The notes below the pieces were generated by a model. That model was not told the DNA's origin, searched no databases, and worked only from the letters and a program-made list of their open reading frames with translations. Position numbers and translations under genes: made by a program. 64,000 nucleotides of DNA from Pseudomonadota bacterium (lineage in GTDB: Bacteria; Pseudomonadota; Alphaproteobacteria; Minwuiales; Minwuiaceae). Positions 1 to 10,682 of this stretch are shown piece after piece (position 1 is the first letter of the stretch; each line of letters opens with the position of its first letter). Location: the NCBI GenBank assembly GCA_036154895.1, contig JAYZWD010000005.1, positions 66,334-130,333 of the forward strand, in the 5' to 3' direction.

Positions 1-927
1 GGCCGTCGGAAGGACACGCCTGACAACCTGTGGGACAAGTGCCGCGCCTGCGGACAGATGGTGTTCCATCGGGACCTGGAGCATGCGCTCCGGGTCTGTC
101 CGCACTGCGACCACCACATGCGCCTGACGGCAACGGCGCGTCTGAAGCTGCTGTTCGACGACGGTGTCTTCGAGCGGCTGAAGACGCCCGAGCCGCCGGC
201 CGATCCGCTGAAGTTCAAGGACGAGAAGCGCTATCCGGACCAGATCAAGGATGCGCGTGCCTCGGTCGGACAGGACTTCGCGGTGGAGGTCGGCGCCGGG
301 CGCATCGGTGGCCAGGCCGCCGTCGTCGCCTCGCAGAACTTCTTCTTCATGGGTGGCTCGGTCTCGCCGGGCGAGGGCGAGGCCATCGTCATCGCCGCCG
401 AAGCCGCGGTGAAACGCGACGCGGCCCTGGTGGTCTGCGCGGCTTCCGGCGGCATGCGCATGCAGGAGGGCATCCTGTCTCTCATGCAGATGCCCAGGAC
501 CACGGTCGCGATCCAGCGGCTGAAGGAAAAGGGCCTGCCCTATCTCTGCGTGCTGACGGACCCGACCACCGGCGGCACCACGGCGTCGTTCGCCATGATC
601 GGCGACGTGACCATCGCCGAACCAGGCGCGCTGATCGGCTTTGCCGGCCCGCGCGTGATCGAGCAGACCATCCGCGAGCAGCTGCCCGACGGCTTCCAGC
701 GCGCCGAGTACCTGCTGGAACATGGCATGGTCGACATGGTGGTGCATCGCCGCGACCTGCGGGAGACGGTGGGGCGCGTGATCTCGCTGATGCGGGAGCC
801 GCGCGTGGCGCCGAAGAAGTCGCTGCCGGCACCGGACAAGGCGGCGCCGAAGCCGGACAAGGCCGCCAAGGCCGAGGCTCCGGTGACCGGGGCGAAGACC
901 GACAAGGCGGCACCGGCCAGCAAGTGA
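1..927 (+). CDS. accD: Acetyl-CoA carboxylase carboxyltransferase beta subunit (5' end outside window)
   Basis: Frame open from base 1. C4 zinc finger (WDKCRAC...CPHC) and motifs [35 protein letters not shown]. Lies directly upstream of folC. Confidence 0.96.
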   Translation, partial: GRRKDTPDNLWDKCRACGQMVFHRDLEHALRVCPHCDHHMRLTATARLKLLFDDGVFERLKTPEPPADPLKFKDEKRYPDQIKDARASVGQDFAVEVGAGRIGGQAAVVASQNFFFMGGSVSPGEGEAIVIAAEAAVKRDAALVVCAASGGMRMQEGILSLMQMPRTTVAIQRLKEKGLPYLCVLTDPTTGGTTASFAMIGDVTIAEPGALIGFAGPRVIEQTIREQLPDGFQRAEYLLEHGMVDMVVHRRDLRETVGRVISLMREPRVAPKKSLPAPDKAAPKPDKAAKAEAPVTGAKTDKAAPASK

Positions 928-2249
928 CCACATCCGAGAGCGGCGCTGTGCTGGAGCGGCTCGCCCGCCTGCACAGCCGCCGCATCGAGCTCGACCTCGA
1001 ACGCCTGCCTGCCCTGCTCGACCGGCTCGGCGCGCCGCAGCGGCGCCTGCCGCCGGTGGTGCATGTCGCCGGCACCAACGGCAAGGGCTCGGTGCTGGCG
1101 TTCCTGGCGGCGATGCTGGGGGCTGCCGGCCTGAAGGTGTCCCGCTACGTCTCGCCCTACCTGCTGGAGCCGGCGGAACAGGTGTTGCTGCCGGACGGGC
1201 AGGTGCAGGACGCCGTGCTGGCGGCGGCGCTGGCACGGGTCGAGGAGGCCAATGACGGCGCCCCCCTGACCAGCTTCGAGGCGCTGACGGCCGCGGCCTT
1301 CCTGGTCTATTCGGAGCAGCCGGCGGACATGCTGCTGCTGGAATGCGGCATGGGCGGGCGCACCGACGCCACCAATGTCATCGACCGGCCGGAACTGGTG
1401 GCGATCACGGCCGTCGACCTCGACCACATGGCATTTCTCGGCCCGGACATCCGGTCCATCGCGTCCGAGAAGGCCGGTATCCTGAAGCCGCGCATTCCCG
1501 TGGTCGCCAGTCCCGCGCACCGGGATGCGGTGGACGTCATTGCCGCGCGCGCGGCGTCGCTCGCGGCGCCGCTCTACCTCGCCGGGCGGGATTTCGCCGT
1601 GGATCCGGCGACCGGTCACTATCGCGGCATCGCCTTCGACCTCGATCTGCCCGTACCGACGCTCGCCGGCCCGCACCAGTGGGCCAATGCCGCCCAGGCG
1701 GCGGCCTGCGCCGAGCTGCTGCTGACCGACCCCGCGCGGCTGCAGGGGCCGATCACCGCGCGCACGGCGCCGGCGGAAGCGATTCGCACCGGCGTCGGGT
1801 CCGCCGTCTGGCCGGCGCGACTGCAGCGCCTGGCCGATGCGGCGCACGAGATCTGGGTCGATGGCGGGCACAATCCGCATGCCGCCCGCGCACTGGTCGT
1901 GGCATTGCAGGCCATGGCGCCGGCGCCGCTGGTGCTGGTCACCGGCATGCAGGACACCCGGCCGGTCGCCGATTTCCTGGCGCCGTTCGTGGCGCTCGAT
2001 CCGCTGGTGATCGGCACGCGGGCGGGCAGCCAGCCGGCCTTCGTGCCGGGCGCGCCGCTGGCCCCGGACGCGGTGGTTGCCGCCGCGCGTGACCTGGGCC
2101 TGCGCGCGGAAGCGGCGGAGGATCCGGGTGCGGCGCTGGAGCGGGCAAAGAAAGAGCCCGCGGCCAGGATCCTGGTCGCGGGCTCGCTCTATCTCGCTGG
2201 CGACGTGTTGCGCCGGTCAGGTCAGATGTTGGATTCGATCCAGCTCTGA
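924..2249 (+). CDS. folC: Folylpolyglutamate/dihydrofolate synthase
   Basis: GTG start overlaps the accD stop (GTGA). Motifs [53 protein letters not shown]. Confidence 0.93.
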   Translation: MTTSESGAVLERLARLHSRRIELDLERLPALLDRLGAPQRRLPPVVHVAGTNGKGSVLAFLAAMLGAAGLKVSRYVSPYLLEPAEQVLLPDGQVQDAVLAAALARVEEANDGAPLTSFEALTAAAFLVYSEQPADMLLLECGMGGRTDATNVIDRPELVAITAVDLDHMAFLGPDIRSIASEKAGILKPRIPVVASPAHRDAVDVIAARAASLAAPLYLAGRDFAVDPATGHYRGIAFDLDLPVPTLAGPHQWANAAQAAACAELLLTDPARLQGPITARTAPAEAIRTGVGSAVWPARLQRLADAAHEIWVDGGHNPHAARALVVALQAMAPAPLVLVTGMQDTRPVADFLAPFVALDPLVIGTRAGSQPAFVPGAPLAPDAVVAAARDLGLRAEAAEDPGAALERAKKEPAARILVAGSLYLAGDVLRRSGQMLDSIQL

Positions 2250-2542
2250 AGCTGCGACTTCGGCATCACGCCGACCTTCGTCGCCACCACTTCACCGCCA
2301 CGGAACAGCATCAGGGTCGGAATGCCACGCACGCCATAGCGGGTCGGGGTGTTCGGGTTCTCGTCGATGTTCAGCTTCGCGACCTTCAGCTTGCCGGCCA
2401 TGTCCTTGGCGATCTCGTCAAGCGAGGGCGCGATCTGGCGGCAGGGGCCGCACCATTCCGCCCAGTAGTCCACCAGGACCGGGTCCTTGGACTCCAGCAC
2501 GTCAGCCTTGAAACTCGCGTCGGAAATCTTTGTCGTCGCCAT
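2222..2542 (-). CDS. trxA: Thioredoxin
   Basis: WCGPC active site and VRGIPTL; 106 aa. The 3' end overlaps the convergent folC end by 28 bp. Confidence 0.97.
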   Translation of the reverse strand: MATTKISDASFKADVLESKDPVLVDYWAEWCGPCRQIAPSLDEIAKDMAGKLKVAKLNIDENPNTPTRYGVRGIPTLMLFRGGEVVATKVGVMPKSQLQSWIESNI

Positions 2543-2597
2543 GGTCCTGCTCCTCGTCGACCGATCATGCCGGCCTGTCCGGTATCGTGAACCCGGA

Positions 2598-2626
2598 ATC
2601 TAGGAACCGGCCATGGGGGCGTCAAG
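2598..2626 (-). promoter_or_regulatory. Putative RpoH/RpoD-type promoter of trxA, overlapping the addA stop codon
   Basis: Minus strand reads CTTGAC-N16-CCTAGAT, close to the alphaproteobacterial RpoH consensus CTTG-N~17-CCTATAT, about 55 nt upstream of trxA. Confidence 0.5.
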
Positions 2627-5600
2627 CGAACGGGCGATGTCGTCCATGCGCGCGGGCGGCACTTCCATGACAGAAGCCCTTTCCGTCCAGACCAGTACGC
2701 AGCGGATTGCATGGCCGGGATGTATGCGCTGCAGGACGGCGCGGTAGAGCGCCATCTGCCGGATATGGGCCAGCGGCACGTCTTCGACGCGCAGCGGCGG
2801 TGGCCGGTTCGTCTTGTAGTCGGCGATCCAGACGGAATCGGCCGTGATCGCCAGCCGGTCGACCTGACCGACCACGGCGGTCGGTCCGACCAGTCCGGCG
2901 ACCGGCACCTCGGCGCGGCTGCCGGGTCCGAACAGCCCGGCAAGTTCCGGCATTTCCAGCACCGCCAGCGCCTCGTCCAACAGCGCGGCGCGCTGGTCTG
3001 CGGCAAGGTCGGGCGCCAGGCTGGCCAGCAATGCGGCGCCCTGTTCGCGGCGGGCATCCTCGGGCCGGGTCGGCAGCACCTGCAGCAGCCTGTGCACCAG
3101 TACGCCGCGGCGCAGGCCAAAGGCGGGATCCCGGGCCAGCGGGCTGCGCACCGCCGGCTCAGCGGCCGGCCGCGAGGGGCTGAGGGGACGTGACGGTTCC
3201 GGCTCGTCGGGTGCGCGTTGCATGGCCCAGTCCGGCAGGGTCGGGCGGTGTTCGACAGGGGCGGTGGCGGTGCCGGCCGGCGGCGGGCTGCCGAGCCTGA
3301 GAATGCCGTCCTCGGCCTCGACCGCGCCGGCTTCCGTCAGCCCGGCCTCGACCATGCGGTACCAGCCGTCGTCGGCCGGGGCGCTGCGCGGCGAGGTGAA
3401 ATAGCCGCAGACGAACAGCCGGTCCTCGGCCCGGGTCATCGCGACGTAGAGCAGCCGGCGGTATTCCTCCAGCGCTGCCTCCGCCGCGTCCGCCGTGCGG
3501 GCGGCCACCGTGTCGGGCATGTCCTTCTGCGCCGCCGCCAGCACCGGGATGCCGTCCTTCAGCCAGGCCAGGCTGTCGCCAGTCTTCGGCGGGCGGGCGG
3601 TGTCCGGCAGGAACACCACCGGCGCCTCCAGGCCCTTGGCGCCGTGGGTGGTCATGATGCGCACGGCATTGCCGCCGTGGTCCATGTCGCGCTTGATCTC
3701 CGGCGACGCCCGGCGGAGACGGTGCAGGAAGCCCTGCAGCGACGGCGGTGCGTCGTGCTCGTCGGCAAGTGCCGCCTCCAGGAACTCGTCCAGCGGGTCG
3801 AGCTGGTCCGGACCGAGCCGGGCGATCAGGCGCCTGCGTGCCCCGCCCGCGCCCAGCAGCGCGGCATAGAAGGCGAAGGGTGTCATGCGGTCGACCTGTC
3901 CACGCAGGTCGCGCAACTCGTCGAGGGCGGCCTGCCAGGGCGGCTGCTCACCGGCCCGAGCCTGCAACGCGCCCCAGAGCGTGCCGCTCCGCCCGTGGGC
4001 CAGTGCGATCAGGTCCTGGTCGGTCAGGTCGAACAGCGGCGACTTCAGTACCGTTGCCAGTGCCAGGTCGTCCTCCGGCAGCAGCAGGAAGTCGCCCAGC
4101 ACCATCAGGTCCATAACCGCGATCTGCTCGGTCAGCATCATGCGGTCGGCACCGGCGACGGGGATGCCAAGATCCTTCAGCGCGCGGGCGATCTCGCCCA
4201 CCAGCGGCTCGCGGCGCCGCATCAGCACCAGGATGTCGCCGGCCGTGACCGGGCGTTCCGGCCGGTTGCCACCGCCGATGGTCTCGCCCTCGTCGATCAT
4301 GCGCCGGATGCGGGTCGCGATGCGCTGGGCGAGGCGGCGGCGGGGGCTGCCCGTCGTCTCCATGTTCAGCGGCGCGTCCCAGCGATTGGCCTCCTCCTGT
4401 GCGTCGGGTTCCTCCAGCGGCCAGAGCTCGACAACGCCCGGCACCTCGTCGCGGTGGGCGAAGTGCCGGACGGTCGCGTCGCCACCGACGCCGGCCGACC
4501 GCGCCCCGGTGAACACCGCATCGACGCTGCCCAGCACCTGCGGCGCGGACCGGAAGGACAATTCAAGGGCCACGTCCTCGAAGCGATTGCCCACCGCCTC
4601 GGTGAAGTCGCGGAACTTCGCGCGCATGCGCCGGAACCCGTCGGGATCAGCGCCCTGGAACGAATAGATCGACTGCTTCTCGTCGCCGACGGCGAAGATG
4701 GTGCGGATTTCCTCGACCGCGCCCTGGCCGGAAAAGAACTCCGCACTCAGCCGCTCCGCGATCTCCCATTGCGCCGGCGCGGTGTCCTGCGCCTCGTCGA
4801 TCAGGATGTGGGCGATGCCGCGGTCGAGCTTGTAGAGCACCCAGCCCGGATCGCGGGCCAGCAGGTCGCGCACCTTCAGCACCAGGTCCTGGAAGTCCAG
4901 GCGACCGAGCCGGCGCTTGGCGGTCTCGTAGTCGTCCAGCAGCGCGCCGGCGATGCACATCAGGGCCGACGTCATGTCGGCCAGCCGCGCGGCCTTGCGG
5001 CGGTCCTGCAGCAGCAGGACCCGCTCCTGCTCGGTCTCCAGCACCGTCTCGCCGGCCGGGTCGGCCTTCCTCGCCTTGGCCGGGTAGAGTTTCGTCCGTG
5101 CCTCGCCGGCCTGGGTCAGGAAGACCGAGAGATGGTCGTCGAAGCGTGCGACGCGACCGGCGTCGTCGGCCAGCACCCATGCTTCCAGCCGCTCCGCGCG
5201 GTCCAGCGCGGTCTTGCCGCCGTCGGCGCGCAGGCTGGTGATCACCCGTCGCAGGCCAAGCTCGTCGAAGGCACCGTGGCGACAACCGGTGGCGATCACC
5301 GTGGCCTCGGTCTCCGCCGGACCGAGCGTCAGGGCACGCCGCAGCGCCCGTGCCAGGCCGGCCGCGCCGCCATGCGCCTGCAGCGCCGCCTCGATCCGCG
5401 CGCGCTGGGCGATGGTGGTCGCCAGCAGGTCATCGAAGGTGGTGTCGGCGATGCTGTCGAGCAGCAGGGCGACGGCGTCGGCCACCTCCGGCCCGCCGCT
5501 CTCGCCGGCCAGCAGCCGCTCCCGGATCGCCGCGATCATGGCGGCCGATTCCGTCTCGTCGATCACCCTGAGGTCGGGCGAGATGCCGGCCTCCAGCGGG

Positions 5601-6004
5601 AAGCGACCGAGCACGGCCTCCGAGAAGGCGTGGATGGTCTGGATCTTCAGCCCGCCCGGCGTGTCGAGGGCACGGGCGAACAGGCGCCGCGCGGCGTCCA
5701 GGTCGACCTCGTCCGCCGCTTCGGCACCGATCAGTTCGGCCAGGTTGACGCGCAGGCGATCATCGGCCGTGGTGGCCCAGTCCGACAGCATGCCGAACAG
5801 CCGGTTCGACATCTCGGCGGCGGCGGCCTTGGTGAAGGTCAGGCTGAGGATGCGGTCGGGTTCGGCGCCGGCCAGCATCAGGCGCACGATCCGGTTGGTC
5901 AGCACGCGCGTCTTGCCGGAGCCGGCATTGGCGCTGACCCAGGCCGAGGCGTCGGGCCGCGCCGCGCGGCGCTGGGCCGCGACCGCTGTCTCGAAGGGGG
6001 TCAT
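2600..6004 (-). CDS. addA: Double-strand break repair helicase/nuclease AddA
   Basis: ANAGSGKT Walker A, LTFTKAAA, IDEAQDT, VGDEKQSIYSFQGA, HGAKGLE, LLYVAMTRA, and a C-terminal nuclease (GQVDRL...ADYKT). ATG at 6004 overlaps the addB stop. Confidence 0.95.
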   Translation of the reverse strand: MTPFETAVAAQRRAARPDASAWVSANAGSGKTRVLTNRIVRLMLAGAEPDRILSLTFTKAAAAEMSNRLFGMLSDWATTADDRLRVNLAELIGAEAADEVDLDAARRLFARALDTPGGLKIQTIHAFSEAVLGRFPLEAGISPDLRVIDETESAAMIAAIRERLLAGESGGPEVADAVALLLDSIADTTFDDLLATTIAQRARIEAALQAHGGAAGLARALRRALTLGPAETEATVIATGCRHGAFDELGLRRVITSLRADGGKTALDRAERLEAWVLADDAGRVARFDDHLSVFLTQAGEARTKLYPAKARKADPAGETVLETEQERVLLLQDRRKAARLADMTSALMCIAGALLDDYETAKRRLGRLDFQDLVLKVRDLLARDPGWVLYKLDRGIAHILIDEAQDTAPAQWEIAERLSAEFFSGQGAVEEIRTIFAVGDEKQSIYSFQGADPDGFRRMRAKFRDFTEAVGNRFEDVALELSFRSAPQVLGSVDAVFTGARSAGVGGDATVRHFAHRDEVPGVVELWPLEEPDAQEEANRWDAPLNMETTGSPRRRLAQRIATRIRRMIDEGETIGGGNRPERPVTAGDILVLMRRREPLVGEIARALKDLGIPVAGADRMMLTEQIAVMDLMVLGDFLLLPEDDLALATVLKSPLFDLTDQDLIALAHGRSGTLWGALQARAGEQPPWQAALDELRDLRGQVDRMTPFAFYAALLGAGGARRRLIARLGPDQLDPLDEFLEAALADEHDAPPSLQGFLHRLRRASPEIKRDMDHGGNAVRIMTTHGAKGLEAPVVFLPDTARPPKTGDSLAWLKDGIPVLAAAQKDMPDTVAARTADAAEAALEEYRRLLYVAMTRAEDRLFVCGYFTSPRSAPADDGWYRMVEAGLTEAGAVEAEDGILRLGSPPPAGTATAPVEHRPTLPDWAMQRAPDEPEPSRPLSPSRPAAEPAVRSPLARDPAFGLRRGVLVHRLLQVLPTRPEDARREQGAALLASLAPDLAADQRAALLDEALAVLEMPELAGLFGPGSRAEVPVAGLVGPTAVVGQVDRLAITADSVWIADYKTNRPPPLRVEDVPLAHIRQMALYRAVLQRIHPGHAIRCVLVWTERASVMEVPPARMDDIARSLDAPMAGS

Positions 6005-8934
6005 TCGCCGCCCTCCGCTCCGCCGCGCTCGCCCGCCACCGACCATTCGCGCACGCGGGCGAGGTGGTCATAGTCACCTTCATGGCCGGTGAACTGCACG
6101 CGCGGCCGCGACAGGTACGGCGTCCGCTCGTCGGAGAACGCGGTCAGCAGCTTCACCAGGCCGTCGCGCACCTCGTCGATCACCGTGTCGACATCCTTTA
6201 CGGGCTTCCATTCGCCAGCGACCCGGCCGCCGCTCACGCGGATATGCACCAGTTCGACCTTGTCGCCGGCGGGGACGCCGGTGAAGCCGCCCTGTTGCAG
6301 GATCAGCGCCTGCAGCGGCATCTGCACGGCGAAGCCGGCCTCGATCTGCCTCTGCGTCGGCGGGATACCGGTCTTGTAGTCCAGGATCGCGACCGAGCCG
6401 TCCTGCATCATGTCGATCCGGTCGGCCCTGGCCGTGAGCACGAAGCCCGGCAGTTCCGGGAATCCCGGGTGGCTGCCCCTTGTCTCCACCATGCGCTGGC
6501 GCACCGGCCGGTCGTGCTCGACCGACAGCAGCCAGCGGGCCGCCCGTTCGAACCGCCGCCACCACAGCTCCCGGATCGCCGGACGGCCGGCCAGCGCGTC
6601 GAACACCTTGCGCGCCAGTGGCTCCAGGACGGCCCAGTCCGAGGTGTGCCAGACGCCGGGACGGGCCCGGGCCAGTTCCTCGAATGCCGCGTGGATCAGG
6701 TTGCCCTTCATCGCCGGGCCGGGTTCCTCGTCCAGCGGGTCGAGCGCGCGAAGGCGCAGCACGCGGCGGGCGAAGATCGCATAGGGATCGCGGATCAGCT
6801 TCTCGATGTCGGTGACCGGCAGTTCGGTCGGGCGCAGCGCCAGCGGGGGACGCGGCGCCGGGGCGGCGACGGGCCGGATCGCCGCCGGCCGGTCGAGTTC
6901 CGCCGCCCAGCCGGTGCTGGCCACGTCCAGCGGCAGGTCCAGCCCGGCGCCGGCGACGACGCTCCGGAGCCGCTGCAGCCAGCGCGAGGCCACGGTCGGC
7001 GTGCCCTCCGACTTCAGCGCGCGGCTCAGGATCACTTCCGGCGCGGCAGCCAGGCTGGCGAAGTCGTGCGCCTGGAGGCCCAGCCGGCGCTCGGGTTCGG
7101 GCAGGCCGAAGGCGGCGCGCATCGGCCGGCTCATCCACGGGTCGACATGGGCCGGTGCGGGCCAGCTGCCCTCGTTCAGGCCACCCAGGATGATCCGGTC
7201 GGCGCCCTGCAGCCGCGCCTCCAGCGGACCCAGGATGCGCAGGCGCGGGTGGGTGCCGTGGCGCGGGCGCACCGTGGCGCCGCCGATCAGCTCGTCCAGC
7301 AGGTCGGGCCAGTCGGCGATGCGCACCGGCGCCGCGTCGGCGGCTGCCTCCCGGGCCTCCGACAGCAGGCCCGCCGCCAGTTCCCCGGCTTCTCCTCGCC
7401 AGAGCCGGTCGGCGCCGGTCTCCGTGTCGGTTGCCGCGACCCACTCCGCCAGGCGGACATGATGATCGATCCAGTCGGCGAGACCGGCGCCGTCGCCGCC
7501 ATCCAGGGCGAGCATCGGTGCGGTCGCCGCGTCAAGCCCGCCCAGCCAGTCGAACGCTTCGGCGTCGTGCCCGAGTTCCGTGGCCCGGCGGACCAGTCCG
7601 CCGAGATCGGCCCAGGCACGGACACCGCGCAGCAGGCGCCGGTCCAGTCGCCGCGCGCGACGTCGCATCTCCGCCGGTGCGATGCCGCAGCCGCAGAGCG
7701 GATGGCCCAGCAAAGACAGCAGGTCGGCGGGCGGAAAGCCGTCGCGGATCACACGGGCCAGCAGCAGCAGGAAGGTTCCGACCGGCGTGTGTCGCAGCGG
7801 CGTGCCGCCGGAATCGTCGATCGCGATGCCGAAGCGACCCAGCTCGGCCGCGACCCGGCGCGCGAGCGTGCGGTCCGGCGTCACCAGCGCCGCGGTGCGA
7901 CCCGGCACCTCCAGCACCTCGCGCAGGCGCAGCGCGATGGCCGTCGCCTCCTGCTGCGGGGTCGGGGCCTCGGTCACCGACAGTCCGTCCAGCGCCGCCT
8001 TGCTGACATGGTCCAGCCTGGCCCAGCGCTCGGTCGTGCTGGCCGGCCGCATCACCTCGCGGAGCAGCAGCGCGCGCGGCGAGGGGCCGCTCTCGCTCCA
8101 GGTCTCGACCCGGTCGGCGTCGACGTGCAGGCGGGCGAGCAGGCGGTGCATGCCATGCTGGGGATGACCGGGTTCGGCCAGGATGGCCTGCCGCTCGCGC
8201 GGATCGACGGCGGTCTCGAAGCCCGGCAGCACGATGGCGGTGTCGGGCGACGCCAGTGCCGCCGCCATCAGGTCGGCGGTCCCCGGTACGCTGCCGGTCG
8301 AACCGGCGATCCAGACCGGGCCGCCAGTGCCATCGCGGCGCCAGCGGTCGGCCAGGCGCTGCATCAGCCGGTCGCGCCGCATCGCCGGGTCCATCTGGCC
8401 CCAGCCGGCCAGGATCGCCGGCCAGGCGTCGGTCACGACCGACAGGAACTCCACGATCGTCTGCCAGTGCCTCTGGTACTCATCCGGGACCAGGCGCTGC
8501 AGGCGGCCGAAGTCCAGCCGCTCGGACTGCACCTCGTCCAGCAGGCCGGCCAGCGACCGCCCCAGCGCCAGCGCCGCGGCCGGGCCGGCGGCCAGGTCGC
8601 CGCGGGCCTGGACCATGCGCGCCAGCACCAGCATGCGACGCAGCTCCGGCACCGGGCCCGGCAGGTCGCCCTCGTCGGCCGGGTCGAGGCTGGCGAGCGG
8701 GGGTTCGTCGGCGTTCAGGTCGCCCAGCGGACGCATGCACGGCAACAGCAACGCGTGACCGTCGGCGACCCGCAGGAAGGCCTCGGTCAGGGACTGGATG
8801 GCGCGCCGCGTCGGCAGCAGGACCAGCGCATCGGCCAGCCGGCCGTCGCCCGCCGGCCCGTGCATCGCCAGCATCCGCGCGGCCAGCCGGTCCGCGAACG
8901 GCTCGCCTGCCGGGATGGTGGCGACCCGTCCCAC
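6001..8934 (-). CDS. addB: Double-strand break repair protein AddB
   Basis: LLPTRRA, AGSTGS, ALVTPDR, LEARLQ, RDPYAIFA, and a PD-(D/E)xK nuclease (ARADRID...LDYKTG). Adjacent to addA. Confidence 0.94.
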   Translation of the reverse strand: MGRVATIPAGEPFADRLAARMLAMHGPAGDGRLADALVLLPTRRAIQSLTEAFLRVADGHALLLPCMRPLGDLNADEPPLASLDPADEGDLPGPVPELRRMLVLARMVQARGDLAAGPAAALALGRSLAGLLDEVQSERLDFGRLQRLVPDEYQRHWQTIVEFLSVVTDAWPAILAGWGQMDPAMRRDRLMQRLADRWRRDGTGGPVWIAGSTGSVPGTADLMAAALASPDTAIVLPGFETAVDPRERQAILAEPGHPQHGMHRLLARLHVDADRVETWSESGPSPRALLLREVMRPASTTERWARLDHVSKAALDGLSVTEAPTPQQEATAIALRLREVLEVPGRTAALVTPDRTLARRVAAELGRFGIAIDDSGGTPLRHTPVGTFLLLLARVIRDGFPPADLLSLLGHPLCGCGIAPAEMRRRARRLDRRLLRGVRAWADLGGLVRRATELGHDAEAFDWLGGLDAATAPMLALDGGDGAGLADWIDHHVRLAEWVAATDTETGADRLWRGEAGELAAGLLSEAREAAADAAPVRIADWPDLLDELIGGATVRPRHGTHPRLRILGPLEARLQGADRIILGGLNEGSWPAPAHVDPWMSRPMRAAFGLPEPERRLGLQAHDFASLAAAPEVILSRALKSEGTPTVASRWLQRLRSVVAGAGLDLPLDVASTGWAAELDRPAAIRPVAAPAPRPPLALRPTELPVTDIEKLIRDPYAIFARRVLRLRALDPLDEEPGPAMKGNLIHAAFEELARARPGVWHTSDWAVLEPLARKVFDALAGRPAIRELWWRRFERAARWLLSVEHDRPVRQRMVETRGSHPGFPELPGFVLTARADRIDMMQDGSVAILDYKTGIPPTQRQIEAGFAVQMPLQALILQQGGFTGVPAGDKVELVHIRVSGGRVAGEWKPVKDVDTVIDEVRDGLVKLLTAFSDERTPYLSRPRVQFTGHEGDYDHLARVREWSVAGERGGAEGGE

Positions 8935-8940
8935 CGCCGG

Positions 8941-9672
8941 TCAGTCGCGTTCGTTCAGGACGCGTTCGGCCAGTGCCATGCCTTCCGGTGTGCCGACCTC
9001 GATCCAGTCGCCGTCATGGCGAACGCCGTACAGCCGCCCGGCTTCCTCGGCCGCGTCGTAGATGCGGTTGAGCGAGAAATGCTCGATCGGCTGCCCTTCG
9101 AAGACGCGGGGATGCAGGATCTGCACGCCGGCGAACAGGAAGGCGGAGACGCGCGGGGCCTTGCGGCGTTTCAGCTTGCCGTCGGCAGCCATGTGGTAGT
9201 CGCCCTGGCCGCGGTAGCCGAGCGCAGTGACGGTCGGCTGCATCAGCAGCAAGACGTCCATGCGTGCCGGGTCAAAACGCTTGCCCATCGTTGCCAGCGA
9301 ATCGACGAAGCCATCGCGCCAGATCATGTCGGAATTGGCGACGATGAACGGGGCATCCCCGAACTCGACCAGGGCCTTGCGGACGCCGCCGCCGGTATCG
9401 AGCAGCTGTTCCTCGAAGGAAAACACGATCTCGGGCGAGGTGCGGCGGCGCAGGTGCGCCTCCAGCATCTCCGCCTTGTAGTGCAGGTTGACCACGGCCT
9501 TGCGCACGCCGGCCGCCTCCAGCCGGTCCAGCGTCCGGTCGATCAGGGTCTGGCCTGCGACCTGCACCAGGGGCTTGGGCACGCTGAGCGTCAGCGGCCG
9601 GAGCCGGCGGCCGAAGCCGGCGGCCAGCACCATGGCCTGGTCCGGCAGTTGCGGGTTCACCGCGTTGGTCAA
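8941..9672 (-). CDS. murU: N-acetylmuramate alpha-1-phosphate uridylyltransferase (nucleotidyltransferase)
   Basis: MVLAAGFGRRLRPLT..PKPL nucleotidyltransferase signature and LLDTGGG. Coupled to the amgK-like kinase gene. Confidence 0.8.
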   Translation of the reverse strand: MTNAVNPQLPDQAMVLAAGFGRRLRPLTLSVPKPLVQVAGQTLIDRTLDRLEAAGVRKAVVNLHYKAEMLEAHLRRRTSPEIVFSFEEQLLDTGGGVRKALVEFGDAPFIVANSDMIWRDGFVDSLATMGKRFDPARMDVLLLMQPTVTALGYRGQGDYHMAADGKLKRRKAPRVSAFLFAGVQILHPRVFEGQPIEHFSLNRIYDAAEEAGRLYGVRHDGDWIEVGTPEGMALAERVLNERD

Positions 9673-10682
9673 GACTGTGCCTCCGTCAGTTCGGCCGCGC
9701 GGGCGGCCTGCGGATCATCCTTACAATGCATCTCGAACCAGCGCGCAACCGGTTCGAGGGCCGGATGGGCCAGATCGCGGCGCACCAGCGCCCACGTCCG
9801 GGGCAGCCACTTCAGGTAGCCGGACTTGCCGTCGCGCCGCCACAACCGGGTGAACACGCCAAGGATCCGGGTATTGCGCTGCGCCCCCAGGATTGCCAGC
9901 GAGGCACGGAAGGGGCCGGGCGCGAGACCGGTCAGCCCGAGGAAATGCGCGATGGCGGCCTCGGCCACCGCCGGGGGCACGTCGCGGCGCACGTCGCTGA
10001 CCAGCGAGGCGATGTCATAGGCGGGATTGCCGCGCACGGCGTCCTGGAAATCGAGCAGTCCGACCCGGCGCACGCCTTCGCGGTCCGGCAGCCACATCAG
10101 GTTGTCGAGGTGATAGTCGCGCAACACCAGCACGTCTTGCGTCGCGGACGGACAGACCAGCACCTCGGCCCATGCGTCGCGGAAGCTGCGTCGCTCGGCA
10201 TCGTTCGCCGGGCGCCCGGCGATCTCCGGCCAGCGCCAGTCGAGGAACAGGCAGACCTCGTCCAGCAGGTTGGCCAGGTCCTGCGCCGGCAGGTCGGGCG
10301 GCGCCACGCGTCCCGCCAGCCCGGCCAGCACGTCGACCGCCGCCAGGTAGAGCTGCGTCTCGTCGAACCCGGCGGCGAGCATCAGCGTGAAGCGGTCGTC
10401 GCCCAGATCCTCCAGTACCAGGAACCCGTGCTCGGCGTCCGTCGCCATGACCCGGGGGGCCGACAGGTTCCATTCACCGAGCAGTCGCGCGATCCGGACG
10501 AAGGGGCGGACATCCTCGTTGGGCGGCGGGGCATCCATCAGCACGGCGCGGCGGCCGTCGGGATGGATGATGCGGTCATAGCGCCGGAAGGAGGCATCGG
10601 CCGCCAGCGGCAAGATCGTGGCGCCGTCGAGTCCCGCCGCGATCACCAGCCGGTCGCGTGCCGCGCGTCGTTCAGGCTGCAC
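9669..10682 (-). CDS. amgK: Anomeric MurNAc/GlcNAc kinase (aminoglycoside phosphotransferase family)
   Basis: DASFRRY, MDAPP, LEDLGD, RDYHLDNL, LDFQDA, YDIASL. tsaE-amgK-murU synteny. Confidence 0.82.
   Translation of the reverse strand: MQPERRAARDRLVIAAGLDGATILPLAADASFRRYDRIIHPDGRRAVLMDAPPPNEDVRPFVRIARLLGEWNLSAPRVMATDAEHGFLVLEDLGDDRFTLMLAAGFDETQLYLAAVDVLAGLAGRVAPPDLPAQDLANLLDEVCLFLDWRWPEIAGRPANDAERRSFRDAWAEVLVCPSATQDVLVLRDYHLDNLMWLPDREGVRRVGLLDFQDAVRGNPAYDIASLVSDVRRDVPPAVAEAAIAHFLGLTGLAPGPFRASLAILGAQRNTRILGVFTRLWRRDGKSGYLKWLPRTWALVRRDLAHPALEPVARWFEMHCKDDPQAARAAELTEAQS

Noticed and set aside
3218-9819. Very long plus-strand ORFs (951 aa and 1251 aa) opposite addA/addB, and similar ones opposite divL, hppA, typA and maeB
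   Set aside because: These are antisense shadow frames produced by high GC3 codon bias. They have no motifs and lie opposite well-supported genes.
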